Source: an uncultured Verrucomicrobiae bacterium (GTDB lineage Bacteria; Verrucomicrobiota; Verrucomicrobiia; Opitutales; JABDGR01). Taken from it: a stretch of 64,000 nt of DNA. Numbering within the stretch: position 1 is the stretch's first letter; every line of letters begins with the position of its first letter. Of the stretch, positions 29,684-40,495 are shown in pieces. The stretch spans positions 1,280,001 through 1,344,000 of the forward strand of contig CAVXVB010000009.1 of the NCBI GenBank assembly GCA_963765205.1, read 5' to 3'. The notes under the pieces are model-generated. The model was not told where the DNA came from. It was given only the letters and a program-made list of their open reading frames with translations, and made no database searches. The translations under genes and the position numbers were made by a program.

Positions 29684-31752
29684 ATTTCCTGTCCCCCTGG
29701 TTCCTCCTCGGCGCGGCGTTGATTGCCGGGCCGATTATCGCGCACCTCATCCGGCAGGTGACGCGCAAGAAAATCACGTTCAGCGCGACGCGCTTCCTCA
29801 ACCCCTCGCCGCCGCAAATGGACCGGCGCAACCGCCTCGAGCACCCATGGCTGCTGTTGTTGCGCTGCCTCATCGTCCTCGCGCTGGCGTTTGCTTTTGC
29901 GCGGCCGTATATGAAGCACGACCTGCCGGTGATCATCGCGCCGACCCCGCCGCAGAGCGTGAGCGCGGTGCTCGATCAAAGCGCCTCGATGCAGCGCGCG
30001 GGCCTCTGGGACGCGGCTTGCAAAAAAATCGAGGAGGCCGCGGACGCCCTCGGCCCGAACGACCAATTCGCGCTCTTCGGCGTCTCGGGTGACGTGAAGG
30101 AACTCATCAGCCATGAACGCTGGCTGGCCACGCCCGTGCCCAATCGCGGCGCCCTCGTGCGCAGCGTCCTCGCCGACCAAAAACCTGGCTGGGGGCCGAA
30201 GAACCTCGACACCGCCATCGAAGCTGCCGCCGGCGAATGGGAGGCCATGACCGAAGCCGCCAACAACGCGACCCGCAAGAAAATCGTCGTCGCGTCCGAC
30301 TTTGCCCAAGGCGGGCGCGTCTCCGGCCTGGCGGGCATGAACTGGCCCCAGGGGTGCGAAGTGAATTTGCAGCCCGTCACCCCCGACCATCCCGGCGACG
30401 CGGGGCTGCACTGGCTAAGCTGGTCGGACACGGACAACGGCCCGACTCTGCGCGTGCTCGTGTCGCAAAGCGCGAAAAGCACGGCGACCGCGCTCAGTTT
30501 GCAATTGCGCGACGCGCAGACCAACGCACCCATCGGCGACCCACAGAAGCTGACCATCGAGGCCAAAGACCAGCAAATCGCCATTTTCCAAGTGCCACCG
30601 GACGCGGCGGATAAACCACTGCGCGTGGACCTCACGGGCGACGAGGAAAATTTCGACAACACGGTGTGGGCCGTGCATCCCACGCCGCGCGCGATGGCGC
30701 TCGTATATTACGGCGGCCACGCGTCCAACGACATCAAGCATGCGCGCTTTTACCTCGAACGCGCCGTCGCTGGCTGGAAGGACCCCGTCGTCCATCTCGT
30801 GACCGAGCCGGACGCCGCCGCCAAGCCCGGCGCGGAGTTCTTTTTCGTGGCCGGCCCGATTGACGCCGCGGCGACGGACGCCCTGCGCAAAAAACTCGCC
30901 GCCGGCGATTTCGCCATCGTCTTGCTCAACGACCCAGCCATGGTCGCCACCGCCGCCGCCGTGGTCGGCGAAACCGGCTGGGCGCCGATCACGCCTGCGC
31001 AAAAAAATCCCCTGTTCGGACAGATTGATTTCCAACACCCGCTTTTTTCGCTGTTCGCCGATCCCCATTATAGCGACTTCACGCACATCCAGTTCTGGCA
31101 GTCGCAATCGGTCAAGCTGCCGGACAAGACGGCGGCGGTCATTGCGGCGAAATTTGACGATGGCTCGCCTGCGGTGCTCGAAGCGCCGGTGGGCAAGGGC
31201 CGCGTGGTCATCTGGGGCGGCGATTGGGCGACGGCCGCGGGTTCGTGGGTGCTGTCCACCAAGTTCGTGCCCTGGTTGCAGGCGCTGTTCGAGCGCGAAG
31301 CGGGCGGTGCCCTGCGTCCCTCGGTCGCCGAAATCGGCGACACCGCGCGGCTGCTCGGCGGCGAGCCGGCCAAATGGCGCGCGCTGGACGCCCCGGCAGG
31401 CACCTTTGTCGAAACCACCCCCACCCTACCCGGGGTTTATCAAGTGCAACAGGACGACACCACCCGCTGGGTCGCCCTGGAAGTGCCCGCCGCCGCCAGC
31501 AACATCGAACCGATGACCACCGAAGCATGGGAAAAATTGGGTGTGCCCCTCCACGCCTCCCCCTTGACCGCCGCCACGCCCATCGCCGCGCCGGTCGGGC
31601 AGGATCAAACTGCCGACGCCCTCGAAGCGCGCCAAAAACTGTGGCGCTGGACGCTGCTGGGGGCTGTTTTTCTGCTGGCTTTCGAGAGCATCTATTCTCT
31701 CGCCCTTTCCCGCCGACGTGAGCAAAATACTGCTGCTGAGGCTTCCACCTGA
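29680..31752 (+). CDS. BatA N-terminal double-TM plus VWA domain protein
   Basis: MNFLSPWFLLG..PIIAHL..F..TRFL..LLLRCL..AFARP, DQSASM MIDAS, C-terminal TM (LWRW..LLAFES). Confidence 0.87.
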   Translation: MNFLSPWFLLGAALIAGPIIAHLIRQVTRKKITFSATRFLNPSPPQMDRRNRLEHPWLLLLRCLIVLALAFAFARPYMKHDLPVIIAPTPPQSVSAVLDQSASMQRAGLWDAACKKIEEAADALGPNDQFALFGVSGDVKELISHERWLATPVPNRGALVRSVLADQKPGWGPKNLDTAIEAAAGEWEAMTEAANNATRKKIVVASDFAQGGRVSGLAGMNWPQGCEVNLQPVTPDHPGDAGLHWLSWSDTDNGPTLRVLVSQSAKSTATALSLQLRDAQTNAPIGDPQKLTIEAKDQQIAIFQVPPDAADKPLRVDLTGDEENFDNTVWAVHPTPRAMALVYYGGHASNDIKHARFYLERAVAGWKDPVVHLVTEPDAAAKPGAEFFFVAGPIDAAATDALRKKLAAGDFAIVLLNDPAMVATAAAVVGETGWAPITPAQKNPLFGQIDFQHPLFSLFADPHYSDFTHIQFWQSQSVKLPDKTAAVIAAKFDDGSPAVLEAPVGKGRVVIWGGDWATAAGSWVLSTKFVPWLQALFEREAGGALRPSVAEIGDTARLLGGEPAKWRALDAPAGTFVETTPTLPGVYQVQQDDTTRWVALEVPAAASNIEPMTTEAWEKLGVPLHASPLTAATPIAAPVGQDQTADALEARQKLWRWTLLGAVFLLAFESIYSLALSRRREQNTAAEAST

Positions 31753-31760
31753 ACACCGCC

Positions 31761-34700
31761 ATGAAAACCGAACCTCCTCCTGCCATTCAATCTGAGTTGG
31801 GTTATTTGTTGAGCGGTGTTGCGCGCGAGCTGCGCGCCCTGCGCCTGCACCGGCGTGGCATCCGGCGCTGGGCCGTGGTTGCGGTGGCCGCGTTTGTCCT
31901 GCTCCAAGTGAAAGACGATGTCGCTGCGTTCGCCCCCTACTCCCTGCCGGTTCTGGGACTGTTGCTGGTCGCCGCCATTTTCCGCAGCATCCAGGTTGCG
32001 CGCGCGGACCAGTTGGATTACGCCGAAGCCGCGCGGGTGGTCGAGGACGCCTATCCCGATTTGAAACAAGCCCTGCGCACCGCTGCGGAACAGCAGCCCG
32101 GCGACGGCGGCCGCTTCAATTTTCTGCAACTGCGCGTCATCCGCAGCGCCCTCCAGCACGCGAATTTAAACGACTGGAAACGTCAGCCAAAAAATCGCAC
32201 GCGCTATTATTTCGCCGGCCATGCCGCCATTTTCGCCCTGGCCTTGGCGCTGACCCTTGGCCCCGCGCTGCTCCTGCTCGAGAACAAGGAGTTTCCCGTC
32301 CCGCAAATCACCCTGCCGCACGCCAGCGTGACGGTTTCGCCCGGCAACGCGGAAGTCGAGCGCGGCTCGGTTGTGGCGGTGTCCGCGACCTTTGCCGGCC
32401 ACATTCCGCGCGAGGCCCAACTGACCTGGCGCCAGCCCGACGGCAAAACCGGCTCCGTGGCGATGGGCCGCAGCCTGTCCGACCCGATTTTCGCAGTGAC
32501 GCTGCCGCCGGTGAACACCGACGTGACCTACTCGGTGAATTACACGATGAACAAATTGTTGGGCGGTAACACGTCCACCGACCAATTCACGCTCAAGGTT
32601 TTCGACCAGCCCGCGCTGCTGACCGCGAATGCGACGCTGGACTACCCGGCCTTCACCGGCCTGCCCAAGAAAACCATTCCCGACACGCGCCGCGTCAGCG
32701 CCATCACCGGCACGCAGTTGCAATACGACTTCACGATGAACAAACCGATGAAGGACGTGACGCTGACTGACGACAAAGGCAACAAAGTGGCCGTCACCGC
32801 CTCCAACCCGCAGCGCACGCAATTCACCGCCAACCTCACCATCACTCAGACCGAAAACCTCACCATGCACCTGGCCGACGATGCGAACCGGCCCAACCCT
32901 GCGCCGACGGATATCCGTATCACCGCCGTGCCGGTTCAGCGCCCGGTCGTGGCCGTGACCTTCCCGGTGCGCGACCAGCGCGTCTCCCCCCTCGAAGAAG
33001 TCCATGTGCAGGCGACCGCCCGCGACCAGTTTGGGCTGCTCGATTACGGCCTCGCCTACAGCGTGGGCGCGGACGACCCCCAGTTTCTCTCGCTGAAATC
33101 AGCCGACGCCGCCAAGCCGGCCACCCCCGCCAATGCCACTGCCAATGCGACGCCCGGCAACACCACCAATTCCAAGCAGGCCTCCTTCGCCGATGTGATC
33201 AACCTCGAAGCCCAAAATGTCGAGCCTGGTGAACTGGTCACTTGGTTTGCCTGGGCCGATGACACGGGACCGGACGGCAAAGTGCGCCGCACCACCAGCG
33301 ACCTGGCCTTTGCCGAAGTGCGCCCACTCGAATCCATTTTCCATGAAGACGACGCCGCCGCCAGCGCGCAAGCGCCCTCGTCTTCTCAGCAGCAGCAACA
33401 ACAAGGCGCCAACCAAGGCCAAAATCCCACCCAATCGCTGCTCCAACTCGAACGCCAGATTTCCGTCGCCACCTGGAATATCAAATCCGAGGACCAGCCC
33501 GACGCCACCTTCAAGGATGATGTCGGCACGTTGAAGGACAGCCAGGACAGCGCCATCACGCAACTGGCCACCGCAGCCGAGGAGGCCACCACCCCCGCCC
33601 AGCAGGCCGCCGCCGCGGACGCCGCCAAATTCATGCAGCAAGCCGACGCGGGCCTCGCCGCCGCCGCGACCAAAAATTCGCTCGACCCGCTGACGGCGGC
33701 CTGGAGCGGCGCGCAAGGCGCGTACCAAGCACTGTTGCGGATGCAGGGCCGCGAATTCCGAGTGAGTCAGAACCGCAACCAAGGTCAGGGCCAGCAGCAA
33801 AGCAATCCTTTGCAGCAGCAGTTGGATCAACTGCAATTCCGCCAGCAACAAAACCGTTATCAAACGCAGAACAGCGCGCAAGCTCCCGCCCAGCAACAAA
33901 ACCAGATGCAGGCGCAAAGCCGCTTGAATGACCTGGCCCGCCGCCAGCAAGACCTCAACCAGCGCCTCCAGGAAATGCAGACCGCCCTCGCCGCCGCCCA
34001 GGACCAGCAGCAGCGCGACCAAATCCAGCAGGAATTGCAGCGCCTCCAGGAGGAGCAGCAAAACATGCTCAACGACCTCGACCAGGCCGGCCAGAATCTG
34101 GATCAGTTGCAGGCCAACCAGCAGACCGACCAAGCCCGCCAGCAACTGGACCAGGCCCGCCAGAATATGCGCCAGGCCGGCCAGCAACTCGCGCAAAACC
34201 AGGTTTCCCAAGCCCTCGCCGCCGGCACCCGCGCCAACCAGGCTCTTCAGCAAACCCAACAGGCCTTGCACGCCAACTCCGCCAGCCAGTTTGCCAATGA
34301 AATGAGCAACGCCCGCCAGGAAGCGCGCGATTTGTCCAACCAGCAGCAGCAAGACGGGCAGCAACTCACGCAACTGGCGCAAAATCCCACCCAGGCGCTC
34401 GACACCACGGCGCAGCGCCAGGCCCTCTCCCAAAACTTTAATACGCAGGCCGGAAACCTGAGTAATTTGATGACGCAGCTTCAACAAATCGCGCAGGACA
34501 GCCAGGACGTTGAGCCGGGCCTTAACCGGCAGTTGTATGATTTGTTGCGTCAGCAATCCTCGTCGGCCAATGCCACCGTCACGGACCTGAAGAATGGTTC
34601 GCAGATGTTGAACAACGGCGCGCTCGCGCAGACGCTCCCGTTGCAAAACGACGCCGCCCGCAACCTCGACGAACTGCGCCAGGGCGTCGAACGCGCCGCG

Positions 34701-36040
34701 CAATCCGTCGTCACCGACGACACCTCAACACTGCGTTACGCGCAAAATGAACTCAATAATTTAACCCAACAGTTGTTGCGCGACCAGCCCGCCACCAGCG
34801 ACCAGTTCCGCAACGCCGCCCAGTCCGCCGCGCCCGGAACCAGCGCCGCAAATCCGGGCAGTGCGCAAAATCCTTCGAGTGGAAATAATGCCCAAAATGG
34901 AAACAACGGCGGCAACAATCAAACGGCCCAGGACGCCAACAGCAATTCCTTCCGCGATGCCGGCAACGCTCAGGATCAGGGCAATCAGGCCGGTCCGGGT
35001 CAGCAACCCGGCCAAGGACGAGGTCGCCAAGGCGCCCAAGGCCAGGGTCAAGGCCGGGACAATAACCAAACCGCGCAAGATAATGGAAATGGCACGCAAC
35101 CGGGCCAGGGCGGCCAGGGACAGGGGCGACAGGGTCAGCGTGGTCAAGGCCAGGGACAGGCTGGCGCTCAAGTCGCTGAAAACAGCCAAGGCAACCAACC
35201 CGGTCAAGGCCAAGGTCAGGGCAATGACCAAACGGCGCAGGATAATGGCGGCCAGCCCGGCCAAGGCGGCCAAGGCCAGGGTCAAGGTCGGCAAGGCGGA
35301 CGAGGTCGCCAAGGTGGTCAGGGTCAAGGCGGCGGCCAAGTGGCCCAAAACGGTCAAGGTGGACAGCCGGGACAGGGACAAAGTGGCCAAGGTCAAGGCC
35401 GGCAAGGCGGACGCCAAGGTGGCGGTCAAGGTAGCGCGGGGCAAGCGGGCACCGATCAGGCCAACGGGCAGGACGCCAATCAACTCGCCGCCCAAGACCA
35501 GCCGGTTGACCAACCGTTCGACACCGGCCAGGCTGACCAGCCCGGCAACGGTGGCCGTGGCGGCCGTGCCGGGCGCGGTGGACGCGGCGGCCAGCGCGGC
35601 GGCAATCAAGCAGCCAATGGCGGCGCGCCGCAACTCGCCCAACAACTTGGCGGCAATGCAGGCGGAGGCGGCGGTCAGGGTTCTTTGACAACCGACGCGA
35701 CCGGCGGCCCGCTCACCGGCAATAATACTTTCGCCGATTGGGCCGACCGCCTGCGCACCGTGCAAAACCTCCTTGACGACCCCACCCAGCGCCAGCAAAT
35801 CGCCGACGCGCTGGCCCAGGCCCAGGATTTGCGCAGCAATTACATCCGCCACAGCCAGCTTCCGCAATGGGACACCGTGTCGAACAATGTCATCTCCCCA
35901 CTCAGCAAGGTCAGCGACGCCCTGCGCCAACAGCTGACCACCGAGGAGCAGCCTGAAGCCTTGGAGCCCGTGGATCAGGACCCGTGCCGGACAAATACGC
36001 GGACTCCGTGAAACGCTACTACGAGGCGCTTGGCAACTAA
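31761..36040 (+). CDS. Large membrane-anchored protein (DUF4175-like) with a Gln-rich coiled coil and Gly/Gln/Asn low-complexity tail; apparent 1-nt frameshift at ~35982
   Basis: N-terminal TMs, beta-rich region, Q-rich helices. Correcting the frame restores DPVPDKYADSVKRYYEALGN*. Confidence 0.8.
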
Positions 36041-36079
36041 GCCCGCCCCACCCCACTTTACCCCTGTTTTTTTGTCACG

Positions 36080-38469
36080 ATGCCGCGGGCGCTTGCTTCG
36101 ATCGTTTTTCCTCCGGGCACCTGGTGGTGGGTGGCGCTGGCCGCCGCCGTGGTGCTCGTCCCGCTGGCGCTGGTGGCCCTGCGCCCGGCCCACACCCGCA
36201 AAACCACCCTGGCCGTCGCGCTCGCCTTGCGCACGCTTGGCATCGGCTTGCTCCTGCTTTGCCTGCTCGACCCGCAATGGGCCACGCCGCGCGCCAAGCC
36301 CGGCGCCAATTTTATCGCCCTCGTGGCCGACAACAGCGCGAGCCTGACGATCACCGATGCTGGTGCGGCGCAATCCCGAGGCCAGCAAGTCAAAACCGCG
36401 CTCACCAGTCCCGACAGCCACTGGCTCGCGTCGCTGGCCGAGCAGTTCCAGATCAAGCCCTACATCTTTGACACGAACCTCCAGCGCGTGCGCGATTTCT
36501 CCGGCCTGGATTTCACGGGCGAACGCACTTCGCTTGGCGGGGCGCTCCACGAGGTGCAGCAACGCCTTGCCGGCCAGCCGCTCGCGGGCATCGTGGTCTT
36601 TACCGACGGCGATGCGACCGACGTGTCCGAGTTCGCCCAGGCGCTGGGCCACGTCCCCATCTATCCCGTGCTCGTCGGCAACGCCACCGGGCTGCGCAAC
36701 GTGCGCCTGGCCCAGGTGGACGTGCAGCAAACCGCCTTCGACGACGCCCCGGTTTCCGTGCGCGCGGAAGTCGAAGGCGAAGGCATCGGCACGCAGGCTT
36801 TGTCGGTCGCGGTGAAACCGCTCAACGCGCCCGCCCCGAAAAAGAACGAATCCGATCCAACTCCCACTCCGCAGATTACGCATTTGGTGGCCGACAACGA
36901 GCCGGTGGATGTGTCCTTCGACTGGCACCCCCTCGGCTCCGGCCCGCAGTTTTTCAACGTGTCTGTCGGCTCGGCGGACGGCAAGCCGCTCGACGAGGCG
37001 ACGACCGCCAACAACCACCGCATGATCATGGTGGACCGCGGCCGGCCCGCCTACCACATCCTCTACGTCACCGGCACCGTCAACACGGACTATAAATACC
37101 TCAAGTCCGCCCTCGCAGATGATCCGCAAATGGACATCGTAGGCATCATCCGCGAAGCCAAGGGCACGCCCAAATGGGCCTTCATCGGGCACGATGCCGA
37201 CACCGTCAACGCCTTCTTCGCCGGCTCCGACCAGGCCAAGGACGATTCCCAGGCGCCCGACCAGCCGGTCTTGCGCGTGGACAACTACCGCGACGTGCGC
37301 GAGCGGATTGAATTGCAATCCGGCTTTCCCACCAGCCCCGCCAAACTTTACGCCTACGACGCCGTGATCCTTTCCAAAGTCGAGGCCTCCTTTTTCACCA
37401 CCGACCAGTTGGCGTTGCTCCGCCGCTTCGTCGCGGAGCGCGGCGGCGGCCTCCTGGTGCTCGGCGGTGTGGATTCCTTTGAGGACGGCGGTTACCTCAA
37501 TACCCCGCTGGCGGCCGCCCTGCCCGTTTACCTCGACCGCAAATCGGCGACCATCCCGCAAGGCGATTTGGTCTGGAATCTCACGCGCGAAGGTTGGATC
37601 GAGCCCTGGATGCGCGTGCGCGCCACCGAGGCGGACGAACACGACGCCCTGGTCAGCGCACCACATTTGCTCGTCGCCAATGCGCTCAATGGCGTCAAGC
37701 CCGGTGCGACCGTGCTCGCCACTGTCACCGACGAGGCGGGTAAAGTGTTCCCCTGGTTCATCGAACAAAATTACGGCTCGGGGCGCGTCGCTTGCCTGAC
37801 CGTGGGCGACATGTATGAGGGCCGCATCGGCGATGCGAAACTCATGACGGACTTGAAGCGCTTCTGGCGCCAGGTCAGCCGCTGGCTCGTGACCGACGAC
37901 CCCGCGCCCGTCGAATTGAAAATCGAGCCGTCTTCCGATGGCCGCAGTGTTTCCCTGCGCGTGACGGCCCGTGACGATGAATACCGCCCGCTGGATTTGG
38001 GGAAGGCGACGGTGAAGGTTTCGCGCGTCGCCGCCTCCACCTCGGCCACCGCCTCCACTTTCCAGGAAGTCCCCCTCACCGCCGAGCCGGTGCCGGACGC
38101 GCCGGGCCAGTTTGCCGCGACCTTCACGCCGCCGGAATCCGGCGCCTACCTCGCCGAAGCCGTGGTCGTGGACCGCGCCAACAAGGAAATTGGCCGCGCC
38201 CAATCGGGCTGGGTGGACGACCCCGCCATCGAGGAATTTCAATCGCTCAGACCGAATCGCCCGTTGATGGAGGAAGTCGCGCGGCGCACCGGCGGCCAGG
38301 TCATCCCGTCGAACAACTGGACCAGTTGCCCAAGCTGCTGCAAAATCACACCGCCCCCATCACCGAGGATGACCTGCACCCGCTCTGGAACCAAAGCGGC
38401 GTCTTCCTCGCCGTGTTGCTGTGCTTTCTCGCCGAATGGGGCTGGCGCCGCTGGAAAGGCCTGCCATGA
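36080..38469 (+). CDS. Membrane protein with VWA and glutamine-amidotransferase-like domains; apparent 1-nt frameshift at ~38307
   Basis: DNSASL and FTDG (MIDAS), RGGGLLVLGG. The corrected end reads PLWNQ...AEWGWRRWKGLP*. Confidence 0.82.
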
Positions 38470-39569
38470 AACGCCTCTGGATTTTTGCCCTCGCGGCGTT
38501 GTTTGCGGCCTTCACCCCCGCGCGAGCCGCCCCGGCCACCGCCGATGTCTGCGTCGTCGTCGGCGCCGCAGGCGACGACACTTACGCGCCCGGCTTCGCC
38601 GCCGCCGCGAAAAAATGGCAGGACAATTGCCAGCAAGCCGGCGCGACCTGCACCGTCATCGGCTTTGACGACCAGAAAGACGCCGACCCCGCCAAGAACA
38701 CCCTTGACCGCGACAAATTGCGCGACTGGATTGCCGCGCTCGACCCGAATTTGACCACCCCGGTCTGGATTATTTATATCGGCCACGGCACTTTCGACGG
38801 CAAGGACGCGCGGCTGAATTTGCGCGGCGTGCATATTTCGGCGGTGGAACTCGCCGCGCTGCTCAAGCCCGTGAAACGCACCCTCATCTTCGTGGACGGC
38901 AGCTCGGCCAGCGCGCCCTTCATCAACGCCCTCTCCGCGCCCAATCGCATCATCATCACCGCGACCCAAACCGGGCGCGAAGTGGACTACGCGCGCTTCG
39001 GCGAGCTGTTTGCCACCGCCATCACCGACCCCGCCGCTGACCTGGACCAGGACGGGCAGGTGTCCGTGCTCGAGGCCTTCGTCACCGCCGCGCAGCGCGC
39101 CCAGGATTTTTACGCCGAAAACGACCGCATGGCTACCGAGCACGCCCTCATTGACGACAATGGCGACAAACGCGGCACGCCCGCGAGCTGGTTCCAGGGC
39201 ACGCGCCTCGTGCGCAAACCGCAAGGCAATGTCGCTCCCGACGGCGATTTTGCGAAGAACATTGCCCTCATCACCAGCGCCGCCGAGCGCGCCATGACGG
39301 ATGACGACCGCCGGCTCCGCGACCAATACGAAAAACAACTCGACCAACTCCGCGGCCAAAAAGCCAACCTGGACGAAGACGACTACTACGCCCAACTCGA
39401 AGTCATCCTGCGCAAACTCGCGGCGATTTACGTGAAAAACTCGCCGACTCCGGCGCCTGCGGAGGCCACGCCCGCCCCGGCACCCGCGGCCGTCGCGCCG
39501 CCGCCCGCCGATTTGGCTCCCCTGGCGTCCCCCGCTCCGACCACCAGCCCGGCCGCAACCGCTCCGTAA
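38466..39569 (+). CDS. Exported protein with a caspase/clan CD-like fold, probably lacking the catalytic Cys
   Basis: Signal peptide, IYIGHG, IFVDGSSASAPF, IIITAT, DLDQDGQVSVLEAF and EHALIDDNGD. Confidence 0.68.
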   Translation: MKRLWIFALAALFAAFTPARAAPATADVCVVVGAAGDDTYAPGFAAAAKKWQDNCQQAGATCTVIGFDDQKDADPAKNTLDRDKLRDWIAALDPNLTTPVWIIYIGHGTFDGKDARLNLRGVHISAVELAALLKPVKRTLIFVDGSSASAPFINALSAPNRIIITATQTGREVDYARFGELFATAITDPAADLDQDGQVSVLEAFVTAAQRAQDFYAENDRMATEHALIDDNGDKRGTPASWFQGTRLVRKPQGNVAPDGDFAKNIALITSAAERAMTDDDRRLRDQYEKQLDQLRGQKANLDEDDYYAQLEVILRKLAAIYVKNSPTPAPAEATPAPAPAAVAPPPADLAPLASPAPTTSPAATAP

Positions 39570-39654
39570 ATTGATGGATTATATCCATTCTGAATTATTT
39601 TGACGCATTTTGAATCGCGGCAACGCCGTCACGAAACGCGGGTAGGTAACGCGG

Positions 39655-39716
39655 GTAGGGACGGCTCTCCGAGCCGTCCGCGGATCCCGCCTAAGCGGGA
39701 GAGTGGCGTCCCGACC
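39655..39716. repeat. GTAG-family REP doublet, second unit disrupted by a mini-palindrome
   Basis: GTAGGGACGGCTCTCCGAGCCGTCC ... GGCGTCCCGACC. Confidence 0.7.
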
Positions 39717-39784
39717 AAAATGCATCAATACCAGATTGCGAAAGGGGTTGCATAGATCGCCCAAAGAAACGTAAAAATGTCCCC

Positions 39785-40423
39785 ATGAAGCCTAAAAACT
39801 TCATCGTGATTGCCCTGGTCGTTGCCATTCTGTGTCTCGGCCTCTGGTGGTTCACGCGGTCAAAGGCGTCTGCGCCGGAAAAAACCGCCGTGGCTAAATT
39901 GCCTGCGCCAAGTCAAGTCGAAGCACCCAAGTATGTCGCGCCCTCGACGATTGCCCCTCCTCTCGCGCCGCCTGCAGCAAAACCCGACGCTGCGCCAATT
40001 GCCGCCGCCCACCCCACTGCCGACTCGTCCCCAGACCCCAACGCCGACCCCCAAGCCGATTTGAAAACCGCCATCCCGGACATCGCGCGCATTAAACGGG
40101 CTGGGGACATGTTGGCGTTTGCGCAAACTTACACTCCACCTGACGAATTAGACCCTCAAGATATCCAAATTATACAAAAGTTTCAGGCCGAATTTGCCAA
40201 GGATCCGGGTTTGAAAGAGAGGACCCAGCCGTCTGCTGAAGCGGAGGCACAGGCTTGGGAAGCACTCGAAGAGCAGACCCCGACCCTTAACTCAACCGGC
40301 GACGAAGCCACCTATACATTCACTTCGCCTCCTGAACCCGACGCGGGACAACCTGTTAGTATCGAAACAACGATTGTCTTTTTAATAATCAACGGCAAGT
40401 GGTATGTGAAAATTAAGAAATAA
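39785..40423 (+). CDS. Hypothetical membrane-anchored protein with a Pro/Ala linker
   Basis: N-terminal TM segment, ends FLIINGKWYV. Confidence 0.75.
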   Translation: MKPKNFIVIALVVAILCLGLWWFTRSKASAPEKTAVAKLPAPSQVEAPKYVAPSTIAPPLAPPAAKPDAAPIAAAHPTADSSPDPNADPQADLKTAIPDIARIKRAGDMLAFAQTYTPPDELDPQDIQIIQKFQAEFAKDPGLKERTQPSAEAEAQAWEALEEQTPTLNSTGDEATYTFTSPPEPDAGQPVSIETTIVFLIINGKWYVKIKK

Positions 40424-40495
40424 GCGTACTAATCAACCTAGGTTTTTCATCCCTATAATCCCACCTAAAACTCAAACCGTTCGACCAGTTTCCGA

